From: Rhynchopus sp. YZ270_cl-10
Lineage: Eukaryota
Length of the DNA stretch: 64,000 bases
Assembly (NCBI GenBank): GCA_964035575.1
Contig: OZ037835.1
Coordinates: forward strand, 1-64,000
Direction: 5' to 3'
Below the pieces are notes generated by a model. It was given only the letters and a program-made list of their open reading frames with translations. It was not told the DNA's origin and made no database searches. Shown here in pieces: positions 42,701 through 52,200 of the stretch (position 1 is the first letter of the stretch; each line of letters begins with the position of its first letter). The position numbers were made by a program, and so were the translations under genes.

Positions 42701-45700
42701 AGACCCGTTGCACCGGAAGTGTCTCTTCATCTTCACATAAGCCTCTCTGAGTACCGATAGCACCACTCCATTGAAGCCCAGTCTCGCTGCAAGGCACATC
42801 GCGATGTTGATGGGGACGGTATCAAAGCACTTCTTAAGGTCTATGGCTACTCCAAAGATGTGTTCACCGGTGAGGTGTGCGCATTCTAACTGTGCTGCGA
42901 GGTGCCAGTACAAGTCCTCCGTCCCGTGTTTGGGCCTGCACCCGTGCAATCCTGCAGGTGACAACTTGTCCAACCACGGAAAGGCGGATTGAGCACGTAT
43001 CGATGCCCATATCCTATAGAGGACCGCCGTGATGGTGATGGGTCGTTGCGACAGGGGGTCTCCATCACTGTCTGGTTTCGGGATTAGCGGCACCAGTGCT
43101 TGCATGAGGGCTTCAGGCCACACGCCGTCCCGTTCGACGGCATTTAGGCATTCCACAAGGATGGCGATGATAGAGTCAGGTAGCTGTTCCACTTCGTGTG
43201 CTCTCCATCCGTGCATGCCTGGTGAGGTGGTACGCTTCATACGTTTGAGTGCCTTGTGTACATCTTCCACCTTGATGGGTTCACAAGTCATGTCTTCTGC
43301 CGCCGGTAGTACATCTTCGTACACTGCGAGGAAGGAGTCCCAACTTGGCTCGGGTGAGGAGGCGTATTTTTGGAATATACCACCCCATGCCTGGTTGTCT
43401 CTGAGGAGGGAGTCAACCTTGGCTGGGTCAGCCGTGAGAGTGCCATCTTGTTGCTTCATGAACGCTGCCGGCGTGGTGAAGCGGTCAGCCACATAGTCGA
43501 AGATGGCACCTTGACCTTTGCTCCCAACGTTTTGCATGGTGTGCTTCCAATGCAGACTGCGTTGTGCCTTCATGGCGGCAAAGGCTTCTCTCTGGGAGCC
43601 TTCGAGTTTCTCTAGGAGGCGGTGCAGGTAATCCACTCCGGGGTTTGGTACGAAGAGGGCCTCAGTGATCTCATCCCTCAGCGGGCCTCCTCGGAGTCGG
43701 GACAGCGCCTCCCACGCGTACCTCTCCCTGCGGGTCATTGCGTACGGCTTGTCCACAAGCAGTCTGGCCCTTCCTATTTGGAGAAGCGTGCGTAGGTTTC
43801 CCATGACAGCGTCCCTCGCCCTTGTTAGCTTTGAGGACGCCCCATTTTTGCTGCTGTGCTTTGTGGCGTGCCTGGCCGTCTTCACAAGGGATGTCTCGCT
43901 TCGCCCGCAGTAATCAGAATGTGGGGACGCTATGCTGTCCTCATGGAGGAGGAGTAGGAACTTCTCACCCACCTCTGCAAACTCAGCAAGCTTGCTTTCT
44001 CCTGATGCCTCGTTCCTGTCGTTTTTCTCCAGCTGGCTAGCAAATGCCACCGCAGTCTCTGGGGTGTTCCTTGGTCTATCCAGTGGGAAGGGCTTGGGGA
44101 GCACGCATCTCCGGGTGCGGCCAGAATATACGTTTAGGTCGAGGGTGAAGGTGAGCGGTACATGTGTCGGGAAAGGGCAGTCGTCGAAGCTGGAGTCAAC
44201 TGTCACTTTATAGATCGCTGGTGCTGCCGTCGCATTCGCCAGGCACATATCAATCCGCGTTCCGTTCGAGTTGGCCGTTCTGCAGGTGAAAGGTGGAGGG
44301 GTCCGTTGGGCAGCGGCTAGGCTCTCCGCCACATCAACCCATCTTCCAGATCTCTGCGCTGCCGCAAGAGTGACGCTATTGGAGGCGTTGCAGTTGAAGT
44401 CCCCGATGATGATGACTGGGACTGCGTGACCCAGGCCAGTTGCCATCTCCAATGCGTCCTTGATGAGTGCTTCTCGTTCGGCCGCCGCCTCCTGGCCTGC
44501 GTGTGCGTAGAGGGAGATGACGTGGAAGGCAGCCCCTGCGCCCACCGCAACAGCTGTGTGGACCACCCTCGTTGAATCGTGACAGCGTTTTTCCACCGGT
44601 GATTTAGGCGCGATGGTTTGCGCTATCAGGCCACTCTTGGTCATTATCGCCACGCCTCCCGGTGCGATTTGCTGGCGCTCGCCTCCTCCCGTCTTTGCGA
44701 GGGCCTTTCCCCAGTGTACCTCCCTTCCTTTTGCGTGGAAGTATTGCCCATGTGTGCCCATGTGTTCCTTCCCGACCCTTGTCTCCTGTAAGGCAAGGAT
44801 ATCAGCCGGGAGGTCAGCCACGTCACGGTGGTGCGTTTGCAGCGACGTTACGTTGATGGTGGTGATGGTTAGGGGTCTGGGTGCGGGTGTAGGCGGAGCT
44901 CGGGGTTGCCGTCTGTTCCTGTTCGCCGGAGACGGTGCCTCGAGGGGGAGAATGCCGTTCTGACAGGCTCGTAGACTTCGGAGGAGAGCCATCGGGATTC
45001 TGAGTATGTCATAATGCTCAGGTCTGTACGTTAGTCCCAGCACACGGTTCCGTTGGGCAGGGCAGCCCTCACGTCGCAGTGTGCCACGACTTCCCGTGCT
45101 GGCGTTGAGGACCCATACCTCCGCCTTGAGGATCGTCGCTGCCGCCTGCAAGCAGAGGTGGTCCCCGTAGGTGCCGTCACGGCTCATGTGGTCCAGGTAT
45201 ATGCTGAACGAGGTCGTGGCTGCTGCCGGCCCGGCTTCATACAGGTACCTGGACTCTTCGTTTGTGCGCAGGTGGCTGATGACGTCTCTGCGCAAGGAGG
45301 CCGCACATATACTCCCGGTGCATTGTGAGGCGAGCGCCCTAAAGAGGCAGTTGCCGTCCCCAGGGATCACGTGACGGGAGGTGTGCAAGCTCGCTGCTGT
45401 CCGGTCCAGCCACACATTATTCTCTGCTCTCTCTGCAATAGGGTCATCCCCCCCGCCTCTCATATTTGTACGATGCTTCCCGCACGCGGACGCGTATCCA
45501 ATCTTTGAGTCGATGCTCATCTCTGGAGATGCTGGCGTTGTCACAAGCGGGAGATATACTTTCGGAGGGACTGCTAGGGTCGCCGTCATGAGAGGTAGGG
45601 GGATGATATGCTGAGGGTGCTGGGGTTGAAAGGATGGAAGTCGGGATGGAATGGTGATCGTTGGAGAGGGAGGGTTTGAGTTGTGTGAGGGGTTCGTTTG

Positions 45701-45733
45701 AACAGCCTCATTGCCGATCCTGATTGCGTTCAC
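39749..45733 (-). CDS. ORF2: OTU protease - AP endonuclease - RT - CCHC - RNase H - Cys/His-rich tail (start uncertain)
   Basis: GDGNCLFRA..YGDH..EHY; NVTSL, LQET, GDFN, RID; DLKKCFD, QGCPLS, FVDD; CPYC..HMWWEC; FFDGG..NNVAEY..GDS..HVKR..N..AD. Confidence 0.93.
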   Translation of the reverse strand: MNAIRIGNEAVQTNPSHNSNPPSPTITIPSRLPSFQPQHPQHIIPLPLMTATLAVPPKVYLPLVTTPASPEMSIDSKIGYASACGKHRTNMRGGGDDPIAERAENNVWLDRTAASLHTSRHVIPGDGNCLFRALASQCTGSICAASLRRDVISHLRTNEESRYLYEAGPAAATTSFSIYLDHMSRDGTYGDHLCLQAAATILKAEVWVLNASTGSRGTLRREGCPAQRNRVLGLTYRPEHYDILRIPMALLRSLRACQNGILPLEAPSPANRNRRQPRAPPTPAPRPLTITTINVTSLQTHHRDVADLPADILALQETRVGKEHMGTHGQYFHAKGREVHWGKALAKTGGGERQQIAPGGVAIMTKSGLIAQTIAPKSPVEKRCHDSTRVVHTAVAVGAGAAFHVISLYAHAGQEAAAEREALIKDALEMATGLGHAVPVIIIGDFNCNASNSVTLAAAQRSGRWVDVAESLAAAQRTPPPFTCRTANSNGTRIDMCLANATAAPAIYKVTVDSSFDDCPFPTHVPLTFTLDLNVYSGRTRRCVLPKPFPLDRPRNTPETAVAFASQLEKNDRNEASGESKLAEFAEVGEKFLLLLHEDSIASPHSDYCGRSETSLVKTARHATKHSSKNGASSKLTRARDAVMGNLRTLLQIGRARLLVDKPYAMTRRERYAWEALSRLRGGPLRDEITEALFVPNPGVDYLHRLLEKLEGSQREAFAAMKAQRSLHWKHTMQNVGSKGQGAIFDYVADRFTTPAAFMKQQDGTLTADPAKVDSLLRDNQAWGGIFQKYASSPEPSWDSFLAVYEDVLPAAEDMTCEPIKVEDVHKALKRMKRTTSPGMHGWRAHEVEQLPDSIIAILVECLNAVERDGVWPEALMQALVPLIPKPDSDGDPLSQRPITITAVLYRIWASIRAQSAFPWLDKLSPAGLHGCRPKHGTEDLYWHLAAQLECAHLTGEHIFGVAIDLKKCFDTVPINIAMCLAARLGFNGVVLSVLREAYVKMKRHFRCNGSVGEPFTPTNGIMQGCPLSVILINIVISVWMREVDSKGAETTSFVDDIYATAPSHQLQQMAVDRTVIFSHHTQMDISVSKSLTFSTCRTRPCEIKVINVQTGELMCHNPPTFLPVKNSFDSTGVMQHAQPGTNLSSLPVSNRISNRSSNAVKNLGRVRSLPTPVNHRDHIAAMTAGSKCYYGASVTYLSPEKRAKLQKNFTAAVWTGPSRRAVVAVMHILQHGHRLDPEMVFHIRRLRAWIKQMRRENCRHLCAVAWQHRDSLSYGPFFLLNESLNALGWDWVAPNQVRFTNESGDQTLLDVDTLTEKQATSVEAEARHKLRNALMRSLANKRSSDYDGLQHGVDGRVTRHLLEDPESNLTGYQKGILRSIIAGAMTTTGRSGLITDGCPYCETEARETVRHMWWECSAWEEVRSRHPVAAADRTDWPNCLVICGVAPRYRHDCHDNVLPRDDHERIALVRNLQRLFIEIVRQRQIRDDRPAESARHHRLVDYPWGWSSPQPMRVQLPSLRYQDVGAIWKHSEDLWYATNHWVNSLQWAHNGSEHSVSYIELAIDFELTTGLSLPGIKNRRYQPYCASQTVCTVRNTLEGRQGTEVFFDGGARQNGTVFARAGAGAVVYIDGVKAASVATPLPFARSNNVAEYEGASSGLCLLRDLPPEVCGQATIYGDSKLIIEHIKGNTTCKENLQPFLHRIRAQIRDLQPRYVIEWRHVKRNLNTDADALSNEAMDTVEVARAEQLSQAAAEYPLFQKSVWAKALSLQSLTRDLRSVVQVDSWTRGKEGGVTSLTALGGTVVQGVNRRAVLSAKTEAVLRHLNAHNIRSEQPHGPSSILYEESQAWAARFYPQDHYAANWTEASSQARGRAAVDTAAFRSRPPRPAPAGARKNAKIISCESHGKVRCVSCVKVRAVVETCCNLHHREDDGLELVMDFCLSHRLTRCGACHLDRKSLNECCHSCHPQFKHAAQEGIQPLHHRHDPSGASAVT

Positions 45734-47828
45734 GGGGGACTGTTGCGAAGCTCGTGATGAGCGGCTGCCCTGCGGACTTGGTCCCCTTTGTCGCCGTCGG
45801 TCCCTTCCCTTTCCCTTCCTTCGCTTGTGGTTTCGGGCCCACGCTGTACGGCCCTGTCACGATCTTCTTAGCCCGGTTGAACGTATCGGCGATCTGTTCC
45901 ATCCGTGTAGCCCGCGGCATTTCCCCCGCGCTCCGGGCGATGGACCTATCGTGGTTGTCGCTCGGGGCTGAGGTGGGCTTTTGCTGGGGGAGATTCGGCG
46001 GTGCCTCCTGCACCAGTGGCTTCAACTGCTGATGCGACGCTGGTGGTTGCTGCTCAGTCCTATCATGTGTGCTGACGACGTGTTCCAGCGCCGCTTCCAC
46101 CTCACCATTGTGTTTGCACTGGTAACGCATCGCCTGCTCCTGGTCCTCCTTTATCCGTTGCGCTTCCCCGTCCACGGCGGCGAACTTGATGGTGGCGGCG
46201 TCAACCAGGTTGGCCGTACCCCGCTGTGTTTGCATCAGGGCCTCCTTCGTTTTGGCGAGAGCGTGGTTGCGCTGCCGGGCCAATGCCGCCTCCTCCTCTG
46301 CTTGACTCCGGAGGAGGTTGACTTCGTTGCTGAGGCGGTTCGCTGCGGCTGTCAGCCTGTCGTCGGTCTGGTGCGCCTTCTTCAGGGCCTCTTCAGCCAT
46401 GGCTGATACCACAACAGTATCAGCTGCCGCCTGCTGCGTGCGCCTGCCCTGTTCTTGCAGCCCTTCCTGGAGGTGGGGAACAGCGGCCTCAGCTCTCTTG
46501 TGTGCCTCCACGAGCTGTTCAGCCGTGCTGCTGGCGGTGGTAGCTTTCGCCGCAACCTCGGTTGTCCACGCGTGCAACTTCACGTACGCGGACTGCAGCT
46601 CCTCCGCCTGCTGGGTCTGCTGGCTTGCGGTTCTGGTTGACGTGTCTTGTGCCTTGTCTTGTGCCTGCGTCACTTGCATCACCCGTTCCTCCAACAGCTC
46701 CATTCTGACCGCTAGTTGGGTGGCAGCGGGTGCGCCGGACTGCACTCCAGAAATGGCTTTGACGATGACCTGCTGCTCCTTCTTTTGGTTGTGGAGTTGA
46801 AGGCGGATGTCTTCCATTTCCTCCCTCTCAAAGGTAACGACCCTCAGATTAGTGGCGGTGGCTGCTTCGAGTGCATTGGTCGCCTGCTTTGCCGCGCGTT
46901 CCGCCTTCTTCTTCACTGCCTGCAGTTCCGTGGACACCCCCACCTGGTCAACGGCCAGCGCCTTGGTGGCCCTCACCTCTTCGCGGAGCTGCTCGAGGAG
47001 GAGCTGCGTGCCTTCTGCGTTCTCCACTGCCTTCTCCGTCATCTGCCTTGTCACGGCAGCTGCCTCCTCTTTCGCCCGCTGCAACGCAGCAGCAAACTCC
47101 TGCCGCAGCTGTGCAAGCTCAGGTGCAGGTGTAGTAGCGGGTGCAGTAGCGGGTGTAGCAGCGGGTGTAGCAGACACAGCAGGTGTAGCAGGCACAGCAG
47201 ACACAGGTGCAGTAACCTCACTAGGCGCAGACGCAGCAGCAGTGGTGGTTGTGACTGGAACTGTAGGGGAGGGCAGTGGTGTGGCAGGTGTCGTGGGCGT
47301 TTGCTTGGTGCGGTCCTGGGCGATGACCTTCAGCACCGCGTGGAGGTGCGCGACGGGGACGACGACGTCCTTCGCGGTGTAGCCCCTACCACCTCCCCGC
47401 CCACCTGTTCGCTTGACGCCTTGCAAGGCCGCCAACAGGGCCGCAATGGCGTCCTCGTGTGCGCGGTGCTCCTTCTTCAGCCGCTTTTCCTCCTCCCTCC
47501 TTTTCCGCTCGGCACGGATGGTGTCCATGTCCTGGATGGACATGCGGTGCCCGTTGATGTCGAGCTCTGTGTTGGGGGGCGGATGCGGGGCGGTGACCTG
47601 AAGGACGTCCGCCTTCCTGCCCGTCACCTCGGCTTCCCACTCCATCTGCTTCAGCATGGCCGTGGCCTGTGCCTGCAGGAAGCTGGAGGGGAAGGGGTGG
47701 ATGCGGTATTCCCGCGGTGGTTGGAGTGTCAGCACGAGGGGGCGCACTACCTGCTGTCCGGCTTGTTCGCCGTCGAGAATCTCGACGTTGCCGGGGGATG
47801 CCGCATGGAGGCCAGCCGGGTTTTGCAT
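45708..47828 (-). CDS. ORF1, coiled-coil protein (~706 aa)
   Basis: Long open Ala/Glu/Gln-rich heptad frame upstream of ORF2. ATG lies 30 nt from the element's 5' end; the ORF-track extension to 47918 is flanking repeat. Confidence 0.85.
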   Translation of the reverse strand: MQNPAGLHAASPGNVEILDGEQAGQQVVRPLVLTLQPPREYRIHPFPSSFLQAQATAMLKQMEWEAEVTGRKADVLQVTAPHPPPNTELDINGHRMSIQDMDTIRAERKRREEEKRLKKEHRAHEDAIAALLAALQGVKRTGGRGGGRGYTAKDVVVPVAHLHAVLKVIAQDRTKQTPTTPATPLPSPTVPVTTTTAAASAPSEVTAPVSAVPATPAVSATPAATPATAPATTPAPELAQLRQEFAAALQRAKEEAAAVTRQMTEKAVENAEGTQLLLEQLREEVRATKALAVDQVGVSTELQAVKKKAERAAKQATNALEAATATNLRVVTFEREEMEDIRLQLHNQKKEQQVIVKAISGVQSGAPAATQLAVRMELLEERVMQVTQAQDKAQDTSTRTASQQTQQAEELQSAYVKLHAWTTEVAAKATTASSTAEQLVEAHKRAEAAVPHLQEGLQEQGRRTQQAAADTVVVSAMAEEALKKAHQTDDRLTAAANRLSNEVNLLRSQAEEEAALARQRNHALAKTKEALMQTQRGTANLVDAATIKFAAVDGEAQRIKEDQEQAMRYQCKHNGEVEAALEHVVSTHDRTEQQPPASHQQLKPLVQEAPPNLPQQKPTSAPSDNHDRSIARSAGEMPRATRMEQIADTFNRAKKIVTGPYSVGPKPQAKEGKGKGPTATKGTKSAGQPLITSFATVPRERNQDRQ

Positions 47829-47858
47829 TGTGATAGTGTTAATTTCCCTCGTTCCCCC

Positions 47859-49201
47859 TGTGTGTGTGTGGGTGTGTGTGTGTGTGGGTGTGTAGTGTGT
47901 GTGGTGTGGGTGGCGCACATCTCTATAGTAAAGACTAAAAAACTAAGGTTTTTTAGGATTTTTTTTTGGGCCTCAATACCCCCAAACAACACGTTAAGCC
48001 CAAAAAATTCACTTTTGGATGAGCAACTATATATTTTAAAAAATCGATTTTTTGGTCAAATCCCCTCTGGTGGTGAGGGGGTGTGTGTGTGTGTGTGTGG
48101 GTGTGTGTGTGTGTGGGTGTGTAGTGTGTGTGGTGTGGGTGGCGCACATCTCTATAGTAAAGACTAAAAAACTAAGGTTTTTTAGGATTCTTTGTAAAAA
48201 AAAATGAACCCCTTTGTAAAAAAAAATGAACCCCTTTGTAAAAAAAAATGAACCCCTGTAAAAAAAAATGATGTTTTTGTGGTAAACTCCAGCTGGTCTG
48301 AAGAGTGATCTGACCATATTCCCCAGGTATAACTGGTACTCAAAAAGTTCATTAACGAAGGAATCTTGCACTTTTGACCATCACATATTACATGTGTTTT
48401 TTCAGGTTTTTCAATGCACTTTCCTGTACTGGGAAGCATGCCACAAGTGTCATGTTTTACAAGGTAAAAATGACCAAAAAAGCTGATTTTTGGCCGAATG
48501 CCACATGTCATTTGGCAGTCCAATTTCTGAACACGACTGAAAAAAAATTTTTTTTTGGGCCTCAATACCCCCAAACAACACGTTAAGCCCAAAAAATTCA
48601 CTTTTGGATGAGCAACTATTTATTTAAAAAAATCGATTTTTTGGTCAAATCCCCCTGGTGGTGAGGGGGTGTGTGTGTGTGTGTGTGTGGGTGTGTGTGG
48701 GTGTGCTGTGTGTGGGTGTGTAGTGTGTGTGGTGTGGGTGGCGCACATCTCTATAGTAAAGACTAAAAAACTAAGGTTTTTTAGGATTTGGTGACGGGCT
48801 AAAAAACCTGTCGTTCTTGTGTGACACTTCCATGGAAACATGAGGAGGACCTCACCTTTTTTTACAGGTGGTTTTTTTTGTATGGACCTCACACACTGGG
48901 CAGGCGGTCAGCTATTCGCTTCCCGCGGGGCGTTCGCGTGCGCGCTTCGCGCGCCCGCTCACGGTAACGTGTACAAAAAAACCTCACTCATGCCTTCATG
49001 AACTGCTTTAAAAGTGGCCTGTAAAAAGTGGTGTTTTTGTGGTAAACTCCAGCTGGTCTGAAGAGTGATCTGACCATATTCCCCAGGTATAACTGGTACT
49101 CAAAAAGTTCATTAACGAAGGAATCTTGCACTTTTGACCATCACATATTACATGTGTTTTTCAGGTTTTTCAATACACTTTTGTGTACTGGGAAGCATGC
49201 C
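47859..49201. repeat. ATTT-element array, third block
   Basis: Same ends and junctions at 47958, 48187 (ATTC) and 48786; a 22-bp triplication at ~48190-48270. Confidence 0.8.
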
Positions 49202-52200
49202 TTTTTTTTTTTTTTTTTTAGCCCTAGGCTCGACTTTTTTTTGTTCCACATCAAACTGGACAGGGCAAGGGGGGTACGTTTATAATGCACATGAAAGGCG
49301 CTTGGTCCGAGCGAAGCGAGGGCCAAAAGTCTTACAATCAGTACATGTGCCGGTTTAGTTAGAACGAGGCACAAAAGTGAATTAAACGAGGGAGATATTT
49401 GTCATCAGCATGTCGCCCTATTATGTATCGTTGTTTGCCGAGCGAAGCGAGGCATACAACTATATTTAGCTCTATGACAATTTGGGATAAAGGAGGGGTG
49501 AACATTAACACGGGAGAGGCAGGGGTGAATATAGACTGTCCAGTCTGTGTGGTTTTGCTGTATTTCCAGTATTGGTGCCCAGCTGGTTCTGGAGGGGAGG
49601 AAGGGGCGGGATGGGGCTTTCTTTTTACAATACGAAGTTCCTTTCTTGTTACTTTTGTTTTGTCTCTTGTAGTCTTTTTTGTTTGGATGATTAACGCCAG
49701 TAGCGACCCCCCATGGAACTCGTAGGGGATGGGGTGGGGGAAAAAATCTCCGTCGCTTACTCCTAGGCCGACGCCCACAGACAAACCGCCTCCTTGGCTT
49801 ACTCCTGACGTTTTCTGTGAGGGGGAAGATTTGGAATTTACATACAAGGGGCTTGACACCAGGGGGATTACACACATGTATCTAATGGGAGGGGTTGGGG
49901 GTAAAAAGGAAACAGGGAACTAAACAGGTGTTGCTACACACAAAAGTTGGGGTGGGGGAAAATAACAGAGAAGGGAAGGGCAACAGTGCCCACATAAACC
50001 ACAATCACAACCAATCGCGAGGCCCTTCTATTTGAAGGTCGCCTCCATCATCAGCACCAGGACCGCCCTAAGCGCCCCGTACTGACTCGTCTGCCGTCCT
50101 CCGACGCGCCCCAGCTCCTCCCGCTGATCCCACCACGCGTCCAGCGCCTCGTACGCCACCTCCGGTGCCAAGGGAGTCATTCCCTCTCGCCTGGTCCCTC
50201 CCCTGGGGAAGAAGCAGTCCGCCCACTCTTCGACATTTCTCGGCACCCTGTCCCCTTCCTTCTGGCTGTGTGGGACTAACCCTTTCGCCTCCACATCCGA
50301 CCCTCGCGAGATAGGGGGAGAAGGCCGCCTTGCTGTGGTCTCCGCAGACCTGTCCTCCACTACACCGGAGCGACGAGTGTGGTTCCCCTGCGCCCGCCGC
50401 GAAGTCCCAAGGGTGGTCAGCTTCGTCCTTCTTTCCGCGTGGGACTTAGCCGTCCATCCACCAGTCTTCGCTGAACCCAAGTGGTGGTCACCAGTCAGAG
50501 CTGTTGGTGTGGTGTTGTAGCTCTGCTCTGATGGCCCCCAGACGAAGGATTCTGCTGCGGTTGCGGTGTTGTTGTCCATGGTGGTGTCGTGGTCGGCGCA
50601 GTCGGCGGAATCCTCCTCATCCATAACCTCCTCCTTCACCTCCGTTGCCGCGTCCTGTGGGGGAGCTGGGTTGCTGTTGTAGTAGCTACCTCCCACTGTC
50701 TGCGATGTTGTCGGCTGAACTGGCTGAACTGGCTGAACTGGCTTTGCCCTCAGCACACACTTTGCGTTGGCGCTCCCACATCCCTCACACCATGTGCGCT
50801 CGCAGGAACTACAAAACCAGTGGGGGACACTACATTCGGTGATGAGTGCGCAGTTTTCGCACGTGAGCAATTCCCCCTGTCTCCCCGGGCGCTCCTCCAT
50901 CCGTGACAGCGCTCCGGTGCTGTGGCACTGCATCTCTGGAAGGGGGGTGTCGGGGGCAAGGCTTCGCAGATATGCAAACGTGTTGTCTGTCATGCATAAC
51001 GGCGAGAAGTGGCCAGCCTCGTGAGCTCCTGTGTGCAGCACTGCTACGGCCCCGTTCGACTTGCTGGCTGGTCTATGGATGTGCACCTTAGAGTCCGATG
51101 ACACGACCGCCACAATGACTACCTGCAAAGCCCGTGCCAGACCCGCCAGTGCTGTCTGGTCCGCCCACGACCTGCGATCCCTGTTCCCTGCCAGGCTCAT
51201 CCATCGCACCCAGGTCGCGAGGTCGGGCATCGCATTTCTCGCCAGGTCAGCATCTCTCTTCACTCTCTCCACCGCCAGGGACCGAAGGGTCGACGATGTC
51301 ACCACCTTCCAGCTCCGCACTGACCAGCACACTGCGTCGAACGCACAGTCTCCTACTCGGAACGGCACGGGCACCTGCGGTCGGGACAGCCCCCACTTCA
51401 CCAAGTTGGCCTCCAGTTCGCTGTGGGGGGTTGGGTCCTGTGCTGCTGTCTCTGGCGCCGTTTCCTTCTCGTTGCCTGTCTCTGGCTCCTCCTCCGCACT
51501 CACCCTGATGTCTCCCTGGTGGTCGTCTGTCACTTCCAGGTTAGGTAGATGGTCGGGGGGCAAGCGTATCAAGTCCCCCTCTTCCGGGTCGACGGTGGGA
51601 TCTAAGTCCACACGCTCTCGCAGAGGACCCCTCAGGCAACCAGTCAGAGACCCTCGATCCGTCGCGGCCTTCCCGATCTGTCGCTGCAGCGTCGTCCCTA
51701 GCCCCCAATTCCACCTCTGTGACATCTCCACTCTGTTCCCAAGCTTCCTGTCCGCTGCGAAACGGAGCATCTGCTGCCATATCGACGCCGCCGCGGGTCC
51801 CAGACCTCCTGTGGTCTCCAGGGCGAAGGGTGTGAACGCCAGCCGCTCCGCCGCACACGCGTCACCATGCTTCTTCCTCTTGGCAGTTTCCGCCTTCGTC
51901 GCCGCGTACCCCTTCGCGACTGCGGCACCCTGCACCATCGACGCTGACGTCGGCGTCCACACAGTCACATCGATAGCTCGTCCTCTCGACTCCCCGACCC
52001 CTGTGGACAGCAGAATGTCAGCGGGCTTGTTGTTGCCCAGGATGAGGTGGTTGGGTTCCAGGATGGGGCTCAGACCTGCCTCATTTGCTGCTCCATACAC
52101 ATAATCGCGTACTGAGTTATGTCGCAGTATACGATGCCCACCCATTCTGCAGGCGAAGATGTGGTCCCCCCTGGTGTCCATGGGCTGGTTGCATTGCCTG

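Larger units (their letters stand above)
39687..47858 (-). mobile_element. Full-length two-ORF APE-type LINE inserted in a (CA)n tract
   Basis: Both flanks are the (GT)n tract of one ATTT element; 30-nt 5' UTR; short 3' UTR; no poly(A). Confidence 0.9.
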
